The notes under the pieces are model-generated. The model did not search any database and was not told the DNA's origin. It saw nothing but the letters and a program-made list of their open reading frames with translations. DNA of 63,858 nt, the filler included, from Bigelowiella natans CCMP2755 (lineage: Eukaryota > Protista > Cercozoa), in the NCBI GenBank assembly GCA_000320545.1. It is 10 parts of 10 records of this genome, joined end to end, with 100 filler letters (N's around TTAATTAATTAA, not from the genome) between each part and the next. Parts side by side here need not be neighbours in the genome. Positions count along the whole stretch, not along the records: positions 36,913 to 52,991 come from ADNK01001619.1; positions 53,092 to 55,670 come from ADNK01003587.1; positions 55,771 to 60,712 come from ADNK01003520.1; 7 more parts are not named here. One strand, 5' to 3'. A program made the position numbers and the translations under genes. The number at the start of each line of letters is the position of its first letter. Position 1 is the first letter of the stretch. Below, in pieces: positions 44,494 to 55,844 of this stretch.

Positions 44494-45813
44494 CCCTCCT
44501 CCCCTTCTCTCTCCTAGTCCCCCCATTCTGACCCCTTTGCGTGCATATGTATGGTGAACCCTCAAAGTGATTTTAGCTTCCCCCCCCCACGCAAACAACA
44601 CTAATCAGCTCAAAGTACCCCTCAAAGCACCCCAAAGCGCATACATCCAGGCGGGAATGCGAGCTTCAAGTTTGCTTACAATGACAAGGCTAAGCCTCAA
44701 ACCTCTGGTCGCTCTCCAGCGGGCGGAAATGCGTCGTTCAAGTTCGCATACAGCGAGGAGGAGATTGAGGAAACGAAACCGAATGGCGAGGGGCGCACGC
44801 CTGCAGGAGGGAGAACCAAAATCCAGATCGGTAATCAAATAGGAAGAAGTTAGAGGGAAAGTGCAGCCAGCTGGCCAGCCTGAAGAAAGTATAGATGTCT
44901 CTGAAAATGCGCGCCATTTTGAGAGAGTTGCATATTAATGAGAGACTACTTTACGACTAATTTGGATCTTGCGACGGAGGGGAACAGCAGCCGTGCCATG
45001 GCCAAAGAAAATGAACGATGTATTCGTAGTTTTGATGTACGAATATTTTCGGTGAGAGTTTTCCTTCGTTTGTAGGTCATGAGGAGCCGTCGAAGAGGGA
45101 GGCACCATTGTCCGGGAGGTCTCCTGCTGGAGGGAAGAGTAGTTTTAAGTTCGCTTACAATATTGACAACACCGGCGAAAAGAGTAGTGTCAAGCTCCAT
45201 CACGCACCCGGAGGAAAGACCTCCGTTGTTCTTGGTAATGCCTATTAAACGCATTACTAAATGTCTTTGTTATGTGCAGAGATTGGCGTGATGATGGTTG
45301 TCGTACCTATGATTGTTGCCCGCATGGTGTTCTTGCAATATTTCCTTCTTCTCTCGATCATCTAATTATTTGCCTAGAGGTATCCTTCTAGGTCGACGTC
45401 TACCCCCACCCCCCATCTCCCCCTTCCTCTTGCTGCTCTTCACCATTTCTTACCTCCTTTTCTTAAAGGTACGGATGGCACAGAGACGAAAAGCGCGGTT
45501 GGGAGTGAAGTATCTTCTGATGTGATGGGCGGCTTTGTCAAGGCGGTGTACGGGCATGGTTCAAAGCTGAGGAGCCTTTTCCAAGAATTCATTGGAGGCA
45601 ACACCACCAGCAAGTTTATCACCAAACCGGGATTCATCAATGGCCTTAACGTCATCGGCTTCAAGATGGGGTACGTTGCGTGACGCATGCACGATTTTCC
45701 CAAAGCTTGTCTAGCAAGTTGCGAACGAACGCGGCCATGCCTAGATTCGAGCTTATCTACCAGTGCAATACATGCCCCACACTATGGAATGGAGAGAAAG
45801 AGAGAAAGAAAAT

Positions 45814-45860
<47 letters not shown>

Positions 45861-46054
45861 TGATAAAGATGGAAAGGGGGTGGGAGGGGGGGGAGTATTT
45901 TTTTCAATGCGCTCATCCCCACACCATATCTCACATATCTGGCTCTACGATGCACACACATAGAGATGGAGATGTAGACAAGATCTTCGAGCGCTACTCC
46001 AAGAATGGGGGCATCTCGTACTCCTCGTTCGTCCGTATGCTTTCATTTCGATGA
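43921..46054 (+). CDS. Protein with six PGG motifs (Jupiter/HN1/SPIRAL1-like) and a C-terminal EF-hand-like pair
   Basis: Six exons splice in frame. Motifs: NPPGGRSSISFG, HPGGNASFKFAY, SPAGGNASFKFAY, TPAGGRTKIQIG, SPAGGKSSFKFAY, HAPGGKTSVVLG. Tail 'LRSLFQEF...ITKPGFINGLNVIGFKMG|DGDVDKIFERYSKNGGISYSSFVRML'. Confidence 0.75.
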
Positions 46055-46634
46055 GAAGTAAGAACCTTCTCTTTGTGCTGGGTGCTTCAGAAAAACACGG
46101 GCGGAGGTAGGAGTTGTGGGTGGGAATGAATTTTCATGCTCAAAACGGAAATTTTCCGGTACATGCATCAGGACGCCTTTTCAGTGAACATCGTGATGAA
46201 TGTGAGATACAAATCTATCAAAACAATCTATGGCCTGTGCTTAGACTTCCTTGGTTTCAAATTTCATGCACGAAGAACTCTGAGTAAAGTCTAATCCTAT
46301 CGTGAAAATTTGTCCGAGTCCTTGCCACCGCATGAAATTAGGCAGGAAAACTTCTGCGTGCAAGTAAGCGTGAGCTAGGCATGTGCGGCTTTCAGTGGCA
46401 TGGCAATGACACATGTAGAAATCATGTTGAACACTAAATCAAGAAATTAGAGCTTTGGCTTCGACACATGCGCGTGTCTAGCTCCACTTTATTTGCACGC
46501 GCAGTGCGCAATCATTAGCTCACGCACATGCTATGCACCGCTTTGGGTCGGGCGTCGGCTCTCCTTCCGAGCAGCCTGGGCACTCGGATGGCAATGAGTC
46601 AATCGTCTGCCCCATCAAAGCACTATAGACACAG

Positions 46635-46667
<33 letters not shown>

Positions 46668-47272
46668 CGTATGTCTATTGTAAGCCAAGGCAACGGTGTC
46701 TCGAATGCTCTAGCTTTGGTGGACACGAATGAGGCCGCCATTTTTCCGAAATCCCAGGCGAGCTAGCGTGACAGAGTGTGGCAGAACGTGATTGCATGTG
46801 TGGACCATGCTAGCATGCGAACTGCTGCGGTTCATTGATCCTAAATGCTGCGCAGTTGCACATGTGTGTCACGACGTGCAAAACTTCCACAAACAGGGCG
46901 CATGTCGACAAAGTTCTAATTGTCAACTTTGTCAACTGAGTGCTAATAATGATCATGGAAGAAGCCCACAAATGAAACCAGATTCATGTCCCATGATGAG
47001 CCAGACACATGTGTGCAATGCTAGAATGCACTGCACATGCGTCTTGCAACCTTGCCATGCGCGCAGCATTCTAAATGTTGAGATTCGTAGCATTTGTAAA
47101 TAAAATTTGTTGCATTCATTGTTCCTGGATGTCGTCACATCGCATGTGAAAGTTGAGATCTAATCTAGTATTGTCTTAGCAAAGCTTGAAAGCGTTCCTC
47201 AAAATCGTCACATCGCAGTGCATCTTGTCTTGGTAAAGCAAAATTTGTTGTATTTGTTGTTCCTTAGTGTCG

Positions 47273-50068
47273 TCATATTGCAGTATATGACAGTATCAAT
47301 CTGATCTCATCTTGTCGTAAAGTGTTTGTCAAAGCTTGAATCAATGGCTTTTCAGTCACGATTTGAACTAGTTCGTCTGCTTCTTTCCAATGTGATGACT
47401 TCCTCTGCTCCGCGTCCAGGATGTGAGTCAGATGATATGCAAGGCTCAAGTACGCAGGAACGTATTTCTTTTCAACGGCCACACGGTAGCAGATCGCAGC
47501 CTATAGTTAGAACACAAGCACAGATGGGATGTTCAGAATACCATGATGAACGACAATGTCCCCGCACCCCCTAAATGGCGAATCAAACGATTCTGTATGC
47601 CTTCGTGTGTAGTTACGACACACCTGCTCAAATTTCCCCAAGTCGTAATATTCGTCCCCGGTTCGATTCACTTTTTTCCCAGACTTGGAACGAAGCGTCG
47701 AGAACCACATGTCTCCCAGATATCTGGTGTTCCATTGCATCAAGAATGATCAGAAGATTTTCAATTGCATAACTAATTCGGCCCTGAAACTTGCAATTAT
47801 TTCCTGTGGTACTAACACCTCTGGATGTGTCGTTGGCATGTGTAAGGGTGAGAGAGAGAGAGAGAGAGAGCGACACAGAAAAAAGAGAAACAATTTGTCG
47901 TCGCACTTTCAATCTCATAGAAAGCGTTCTCACATGACGCATAAGTACTGCTGCTCTGGTGGCGGTCATGATGCTGCTGCTGCGGTTGCACAACTCACCC
48001 TGGGGGTTTCCGGTCAAGGCAGACAGAGCATGCAGGTGCCTGTATTCCATTAACAAAATCGCATCTGGTGCAAAACCAGGTCATTCCCTTGATCTTCGTG
48101 ATGGTCTGCATTCTTTCAGCCTCTTTGCATTCTGAGAAAGGCCCGATCGTTGGATTAGAGGGAGCTGGTCCCGAAACGAAAGCAGGAAGCTTGAAATTCG
48201 CCTTGGATTGAATGTTAAGTAGAATTTCATCCTCGTCTTTTACTCCAGATTCCAAGAGAGTCCTGACTCAGATGCAGCATGATCAGCGCATGTGTTCGGA
48301 TAGTCACCACTAAATCTCATGATCGACCTTTCATTGACGAGTAGCTTGGAGCGATGGGTGAGATGAATGCTTTCATTGGAGCTTTTATCGGAGATTCCAA
48401 TTTCAGAACGCACATGATTAACCAAATCTCCCACCTTTTGGATGTTGGGATTGGGAAATATGAACCAGTTAGAATCCACCCTCGATTTAGCAGTAGTAGG
48501 TGTAACTGTGCAGTTTTGCATGTACCTTGACACTCGATGGCATTTCGATGGTGCAACAATTGCCATTAAATTTAACATGAATCTGGAGAAACTTCTCCTC
48601 GTCCTCATCCTTTTCTTCATCCTACATGTACAAATAACCAATCAGACCAACAAATGCTTGGAGAAGACATTTAGTCACTACATTGTTTGCAGCCGATCTC
48701 CATTTTTTTTTTTTTTTTTTTTGTGGGAACCCTTAGTTTCTTTGATTTTTCCTGTGACAGAGATATTCATTTTGTCGCAGTTTGTTTGAGATGCATTCTT
48801 TTGTTAACATGTTCGTCGCTTTCTGTTTTCTCTGGATAACGCAGTATCATATGTTGGAAAATGCGATACATTATGCGACTTTCATTAGATGCAGAGTCAG
48901 AGCCAAAGCCAAATCCTCCACCAAATCCTCCAGTTCCTACAAATCGATGTTTCATGAGTCTGTTAGATACTTCCTTGTTTCCTCCAGACAACGGAGCATC
49001 ATTTGCACAAGAATGCGATGTATCATGCGACTACCATTAGATGGAGAGTCAGAGCCAAAGCCAAATCCTCCACCAAATCCTCCAGTTCCTACAAATCGAT
49101 GTTTCATGAGTCTGTTAGATACTTCCTTGTTCCTCCAGACAACGGAGCATCATTTATACAAGAATGCGATGTATCATGCGACTACCATCAGATGGAGAGT
49201 CAGAGCCAAAGCCAAATCCTCCAGTTCCTACAGATCGATGTTTCATGAGTCTGTTAGATATTTCCTTGTTTCCTCCAGACCTCCAGACAACGGAGCATCA
49301 TTTATTTCAGAATGTGATGTGTCATGCGACTACCATTAGATGGAGAGTCAGAGCCAAAGCCAAATCCTCCACCAAATCCTCCAGCTCCTACAGATCGATG
49401 TTTCATGAGTCTGTTAGATATTTCCTTGTTTCCTCCAGACAACGGAGCATCATTTACACAAGAATGCGATGTATCATGCGACTACCATTAGATGGAGAGT
49501 CAGAGCCAAAGCCAAATCCTCCACCAAATCCTCCAGCTCCTACAGATCGATGTTTCATGAGTCTGTTAGACATTTCCTTGTTTCCTCCAGACCTCCAGAC
49601 AACGGAGCACCATTCATACAAGAATGCGATGTATCATGCGACTACCATCAGATGGAGAGCTTAAGTCAAAGTCTTCAATTTCAAACTGCATGTTTGCTTC
49701 AGTGTTTAGTATTCAATGTTCTCCTGCAAATCAACATTTCATCATTGTGTTAGTCGCTTTCTGTTTTCTCTGAAGAGTGAGCGTGACTGGGATGCGGGCG
49801 AGCTTTCTTTCTTATAAATGGAGAGCAAAAGGTTTATCAGAATTACGTCTGGGTAGTTTGTGCTGTTGAGAACTGAGCGCCCTCCTCTATTTTTCCCCTG
49901 AAGGGTTTGGCCAGGAGATCTCGGCTCCAAAGAAATCAGAAGGATTTTGCTGCGCATCGGTTCATCCAGCTGTAGAAGAAAAGGCGCCAGACAGGCATGT
50001 CGTCTGAAAACAATTTCCTCCTTTTCATGCCGGCGACAACTGTTTTCATCTCTCTTCTCATCGTCCAT
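47273..50068 (-). CDS. Multi-exon protein: FG-rich repeats x5 - ubiquitin-like domain - RanBP2/NZF zinc finger - TPR/Sel1-like helices
   Basis: Phase-consistent GT-AG splicing from the ATG at 50068 through the zinc finger. UBL 'FLQIHVKFNGNCCTIEMPSSVK|VGDLVNHVRSEIGIS...IHLTHRSKLLVNER|TLLESGVKDEDEILL'. ZnF 'WFCTRCDFVNGIQAPACSVC'. TPR-like 'GDEYYDLGKFEQ|AAICYRVAVEKKYVPAYLSLA'. The ZnF-to-TPR junction is less certain. Confidence 0.7.
48860..49660. repeat. Tandem repeat, ~150-bp unit, about 5.3 near-identical copies
   Basis: The unit core 'catgcgactaccattagatggagagtcagagccaaagccaaatcctccaccaaatcctccagttcctacaaatcgatgtttcatgagtctgttaga' recurs. Equivalent positions are 48936, 49088, 49227, 49387 and 49539. 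Confidence 0.95.
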
Positions 50069-50239
50069 TAGAAATGCATGTCGTAGGAAACTTTGAGCTT
50101 GCGTTTGTGGTCGCAATCAACCTGTCGCTGGATAAAAATCCCCAAAAGCAAGCCTCGTAATTTCGAAATTCGAGATTAGAAATTTGAAATTCAATTCCCC
50201 CCCTCCCCCCCCCTTTCTCTCCTCTTGGCATTACGATCC

Positions 50240-52759
50240 ATGGCATCGGCATGGAGGATGGGAGGTAACACATTAATGCATCTATCGTCCTCTCACTTCC
50301 TGAAGTAATCCTTCTTTTGATGACGCAGCTACAGCCTTGGCATCCCTCATCCTCATCGCCGTCGCTTTCCGAGATCAGTTTTCATCGTCAGTTTCAACGG
50401 GGAGGGTAATGTTTTTTAAAGTAATCGCGAGCATCCCTCAAACGAACATGTCGGTGGTTTCACCTCAGAATGAATACAAATAGATCCACACGTTGAAGCA
50501 TAGGGGACTATGTTTACTCAGGATACCTCTGGTGCTTTGCTTTTCTTTGCTGTCATGTTTTGTCGATTTTGTGCAGCAGGTTTCCGGGGGTTGTGTCGGC
50601 ACTCGCTTGATTGTTAATACGAAAAGAAGTGGATTGGGAAGTCAGAAGCAGATGCCTGCGAGTTGTTCTTCTTTCTCCCGATTTGGAGTGTTAGGGGCTA
50701 CCAGGAGCACGCTAAGATTCCGAGGGGGGGGGGACGATGGCCGTGCAACTTTCATCAATTGTGTGAATGAGAGAAAAGAGGAGTTTTCTTCGTATCTAAG
50801 TGAGGCAGGAGCAAATAGGTTGTTAATAGCCCATTCGAGGAAGGGAGGGACCGAACAAAGGATCATTCTTCTCCCATTTTTTCCTATTCTTTTTGTTTTC
50901 TTCCCTTTCTTCACCACTACTGCCCGGTTGCCTTTCTATTGATCTGTTTATCCTGCCATCTCTACAGAGCATCCTTGGAAAGAATCATTGAAGAATACGC
51001 AGAATCACATGTAAAACCCTACCCATCAAGACATCCATCTTCATCTACTACTTTGATGCTAGTTGCCTTTGTAATTATTCACGCGCCACCCTCGAGGAAA
51101 AGAATGAGAGTAAACATATATATATCAAAAGAGTCATGAAAGATGAAACTGAAGGCATTAAATACGTGCACTTCGACAAAACAAGAGCCTTCTTGTTTCG
51201 TGCAATCAACCTTGCTTCCTTTCCGTGTTTCTTCGGCACGAGATGTTAGCTGTTATCTCCTTGAAGCTTGCAGTTTGCAGCACATCTCCACTCCAACTGA
51301 TCTTTTCTTCCTGTTTAGCACGATGAAGTGGCTTTCCTCCTGGAGAATATGCCGAAGAAGCATCTTCGGTCGCCATCTCCTGATCATTAGAATCTCCTTC
51401 GTAGCGTGCTTGTCTGCGCTTTCTTCTCCTGCTATCGATATGGCACGATTCAGCCGGAAAATATATAATATATTGACACATATGCTGTTTCACCTTCAGA
51501 GAAATCCCGTACGAGATTCTGGCCAGTTCCATCACCCTGTCCAAGAGGTTGCGCGAGGAAGCACCCTGGGGAGGCGATGTGCCTCTGGAAATCTACCTGA
51601 ACGATGTGCTGCCATACTCCTGGTGAGCCGTAGGAGAGAGCGGTGATAGAAGTTCAGATTTATTTTGGGGAAATACTCACGTGAGCAGCTATTAGTGATG
51701 CTGTTGCTGCATAGCCGCCATCTTGAGCACATCACGACATCTCGCGAGACGTCGGCGGGGACAACCTATAAGATGGCGGCTAGCTCTTTTTGATCGAATT
51801 CCGTCGCGAAGACCCAAATCAACTTGTTTTCGCGGGGACGATGACGGTAGCAATAGCATCATCATCATCATCCAAAAGTCCATGTACAATCAGTGTGACG
51901 GAGCCAATCGAAGACTGGCGCCCGTTTCTCCATGCAAAGTTCGCTCAAAAGGCAAGCGCGCCGAGAGAAATGGGAGGAACTCGTCAAAACCACGTTTACG
52001 CCTGTAGCGACCTGCATTCACCATCAGAGAGCCCCGACACGAAGAAGAAGAGAAAGAAAAAAGAAGAAGAAGAAGAAGAAGAAGAGAAATTGTTTCGGCA
52101 ATAGACCTTCAGTTGTTGATACGAGCATTATCTTCTAACTTTGTCAAGTAGGCGTTCGATGAGGCAGGTCATCAACAGCTCTGCTGCCAGCATCTGTGAT
52201 CATGCATTGAATTTTGCCGCATAAAAGCAGCGCGGGGGGGGGGGTGAGGCATTGATGGAACACATTGTATCGCTTCCTCCTCTCGTATTGCTGTCGCTTC
52301 CCTAAATTTAGAAAATCAATTGTGCAAATTGCAGCAGGCCAAGCTTCCACAGCTGCCTCTATAGAGAAAGCCGCGCTTTGGCTCAATGAAAACGTATTTC
52401 GAGAATTGAACGTCACTTACAAGTATGTGTGCGCACGTGTGCGGCCAGCACACAACACGCAAACACACACAAACACACACACACACGCACACTTATGAGA
52501 GGGTGAAAGTTGGGCAAGGAATACCGCTTGCTGCTGTGGGTTAGTCCCCAGCATGATGATAAAAATTGAAAGTTTAAGTAGAATTTTGTTTTGGGAGATC
52601 CGTTGCTATACCGAGGCCAAACAGCAGTCGTCGTCGTCGTCGTACGTGTGCGGGTGGTAGTGGTAGTATTAACTCTGTGGTGCTTGTGTTCAGGGCTTTT
52701 TACCCAGGGCATCATCCAGACCAGGTAGTAGTAGGTGGCGGGGTGTGCTTACGTGTAGA

Positions 52760-52806
<47 letters not shown>

Positions 52807-52991
52807 AGATTGTTTAACGTTGGCCCGTAGCCGTTTTAGAAACCCGTTTATGTCTGTGCGGTTCATTGGAAGTACTGCCGCCCAACCGACTCGTGATGTG
52901 GGTCCCCCGGTCTCGTTGTGTTCCCCGTGCGTGGCAGAGGCATCTAACGCTACGAGATGGTGCACATTCAGGGTTTTCATGGATCGCTCGG
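50240..52991 (+). CDS. Bacterial-type transglutaminase-like domain protein with bipartite presequence; 3' (catalytic) part lost at gap
   Basis: Spliced 'MASAWRMGATALASLILIAVAF...STLRFRGGG...EVAFLLENMPKKHL|EIPYEILASSITLSKRLREEAPWGGDVPLEIYLNDVLPYS|VTEPIEDWRPFLHAKF...AALWLNENVFRELNVTY'. This matches the FL..NMP / PW...VP..I(F/Y)LN.VLPY...E....WR signature of bacterial transglutaminase-like proteins. Confidence 0.7.
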
Positions 52992-53245
52992 NNNNNNNNN
53001 NNNNNNNNNNNNNNNNNNNNNNNNNNNNNNNNNNNTTAATTAATTAANNNNNNNNNNNNNNNNNNNNNNNNNNNNNNNNNNNNNNNNNNNNATATATATC
53101 ACACGCCAAGGGAGTGAATTGAATTTGGATTTTTTGATTGAGATCGCCATGCTGTATTGTCAATATCTTTTTATATACTATACCGCCACTTCTGCAGCAG
53201 CAACAAACTTGCTGCTGCTACGATGAGCCTAGCATATATTATAAT

Positions 53246-53283
<38 letters not shown>

Positions 53284-53285
53284 AA

Positions 53286-54427
53286 CTATGTTCTGTCTGT
53301 ATCGCCTACTGTGGGGTCATCCTCTGGGAGGGGGTCTCCTCCTGGTCCGTCACCATAGCCTCGAAGCCAGCCGTGGAGGTTGAGCACATTGATGTTCGGC
53401 AACAGCGTTGCATCTGATGCACCAGAGACGAGCTGAATACGCTCTCCCGATCCAATCAGCTGCTGGGGCGAAGAAGGGCCGCCATTACTGCTATTCTTCC
53501 CGCTGCTTCCCTGTGCCTCCAGTGCGTCGATGATGCCGTTCACGTCCTCGTCCTCAAAAGCAAAGTAGATCGGAATGGTAAATTGTCGCGTGAGCAGGAA
53601 CTGCTCGAACGTGCGCCACTTCGCCAGGGTGGGGGGGGGGACCGTCGTCAGGTCGCTTGGCAGCACGATGACAACCACCGTGGCGCTGCGGCGGTCGACG
53701 AGGCGCTCCAGCACCGCCTCGTTCATGTTTTCCATCCGCACCATAATCGCCTTTCGATAAAGATCGCCTGTACCCATGAGGGAGGGGGGGGGAGATGATG
53801 ATGATGATGATGAGACTGAGATTTGGGTTGACAATATCCTCTGTCTTCTTCGGCTCTAACCTTGACTGGTGCGTCTCTTCTTCTTAGCAGAGGAGGAAGC
53901 TTCCTTCTCTTTGTCCTCTTCGCTATGTTTTATCTTGTCTTTATTTCCCACTGCATCCTCGTGGCTACCACTACTCAGGTTTCTGTGATGAGAGAGGCGG
54001 GGGGGGGAAGTCGGAATAATAAGTTATAGATTTGGTATGCTCCTGCAAGTACGGAGGGAGAAGAGAATAACATTGGAAGATGAAACGAACTACATCGATT
54101 CCCATTAGAATTATGGACTACCCGTGTTTTGCAAGCTTCGCTGGAGCTGCCATGTGGTAGACCTAGCATGCCCCCCCCAAACATCGATTAGCGGCTCCGT
54201 GACGCTCAGCACGGTAAAATAACATGCAGGATGAATGGGGGGGAATCATATCTTTCTCTCCAAACCTGCGAACGCCTAGATCCGTATGGCTTTCCATTCT
54301 TATCGTATTGGACGAGGCGGTACGCATCGAAGACGTGGGCAGACTCCACAGTCCCCACGAGCAGGTTTGACAGAATCAACACCAGGGGGACAAGCAACTG
54401 CCGCAGCCGGTGATCACAAGACACCAT
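53286..54427 (-). CDS. NCLN: Nicalin (ER membrane, M28-peptidase-like), 5' part
   Basis: Signal peptide followed by 'AHVFDAYRLVQYDKNGKPYGSRRSQV' (nicalin AH.F..YR..QYD..G..YG.R), 'VVVIVLPSDL', 'WRTFEQFLLTRQFTIPIYFAFE' and 'INVLNLHGWLRG'. Confidence 0.9.
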
Positions 54428-54868
54428 GGCAACAGGCCTACGTATCGCGTACACAAGGTGAGCAGATGAGCCTCCGGCATGAATCATTCATGCAAGCACA
54501 CACTCCATCGCCACGGTACGACCTGGTGTTGGCTTGGGATCTGAAAGAGAAAAAAAGACGAATCGCAGGCTATTACGAGAGAGTGACGTCTCCTCAAGGA
54601 TGTCGCTCCTCAGAAACAAATCCGTTGTTGGAGGTACGTCCCGTCCCGCCAAACCTCATTTACGTCAATGCGAAAGCAGCAGGAAAAGCAAAATTTGACA
54701 ATATTGTTGCGTTTTGAGGATGCGACAAAGAATGTTGAAGGAATATCCGTATAAAAGGGGCTGGCGATATACGCAACGGCTAAGGGAGGTTCTTTCCTTT
54801 GGCCCGAACAGGCCCCCCCTTAAAAGAAACCGGAAGCTGAACGGGAAGCAAGCTCCCGAAGAAATTCT

Positions 54869-55520
54869 ATGGACGCTTCCGATTTATCTGCGAAGGAGTA
54901 CGAGAGTGGATGCTACGATGGCTCTAGGTGCAATTTTTCATCATCGCTCTTCATCGTATCATCGTTAAATTCTTCGATCGTATATCAACTCCATCACCAA
55001 GGTATAGCTCCCCTCGATTGGATGCAAGGCACTCGCCGGCGATCTCGGCAATCGACGAAGGGCTAAGTATGACGCCGCTGGAAACGAGAAGCACATCATA
55101 CGATGGGGGCGACAACAGCATGAATGACTTCCGAGAAAACCAGCTCGTGCAGAGGAACGATGGAGCGCTATCTTCCGCTCTCAGAGGCGTCCCTCTTGAA
55201 ACACCAAAATATTGGCATCGGATGTGCGAAATGATTTTTGTTCGACTGTTCCAAAACGTCAGGTGAGGTTAAAACACAGCTCTTTGTTGGCTCAGGTATG
55301 AGATGCCAAAGCCGAGGAGCCATAAAGAATGGGTCAAGCACGTCAATCGGCGCGCTCGGAAGGAAAAGGCAAAGATGCTGCAGGTTTCGTCTGAGATTAC
55401 TTCGAAAACATTAGCTCTGTAGTACTGATTTAATAAATTAATGCGATGTCTAGAGGGCGAAAACTGTGCTAGCAACGGCTGTGCAGCGCACTGAGCTCAG
55501 CGTAGACGCTTACGATGGTA
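54869..55520 (+). CDS. Possible 5' exons of an uncharacterised gene, divergent from nicalin
   Basis: 'MDASDLSAKEYESGCYDGSR|YSSPRLDARHSPAISAIDEG...' and 'YEMPKPRSHKEWVKHVNRRARKEKAKMLQ|' have plausible splice sites; no motif recognised. Confidence 0.35.
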
Positions 55521-55544
55521 AACAACAACTTCCTGCATTCAACC

Positions 55545-55614
<70 letters not shown>

Positions 55615-55770
55615 CTCTCTCTATATCTCTAGATACATACAGACAGAACCAGAGAGAGACAGAAAGAGAANNNNNNNNNNNNNNNNNNNNNNNNNNNNNN
55701 NNNNNNNNNNNNNNTTAATTAATTAANNNNNNNNNNNNNNNNNNNNNNNNNNNNNNNNNNNNNNNNNNNN

Positions 55771-55819
<49 letters not shown>

Positions 55820-55844
55820 AGAAACGGGGAGGTTGGGCCCGACT

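Noticed and set aside
48782-49753. CRISPR-like or plus-strand coding interpretation of the ~150-bp array (ORFs with 'MYHATTIRWRVRAKAK', 'ESEPKPNPPPNPP')
   Set aside because: There are no unique spacers and no cas genes, the context is eukaryotic, and plus-strand frames shift between units. The minus-strand exon/intron reading explains the indel pattern.
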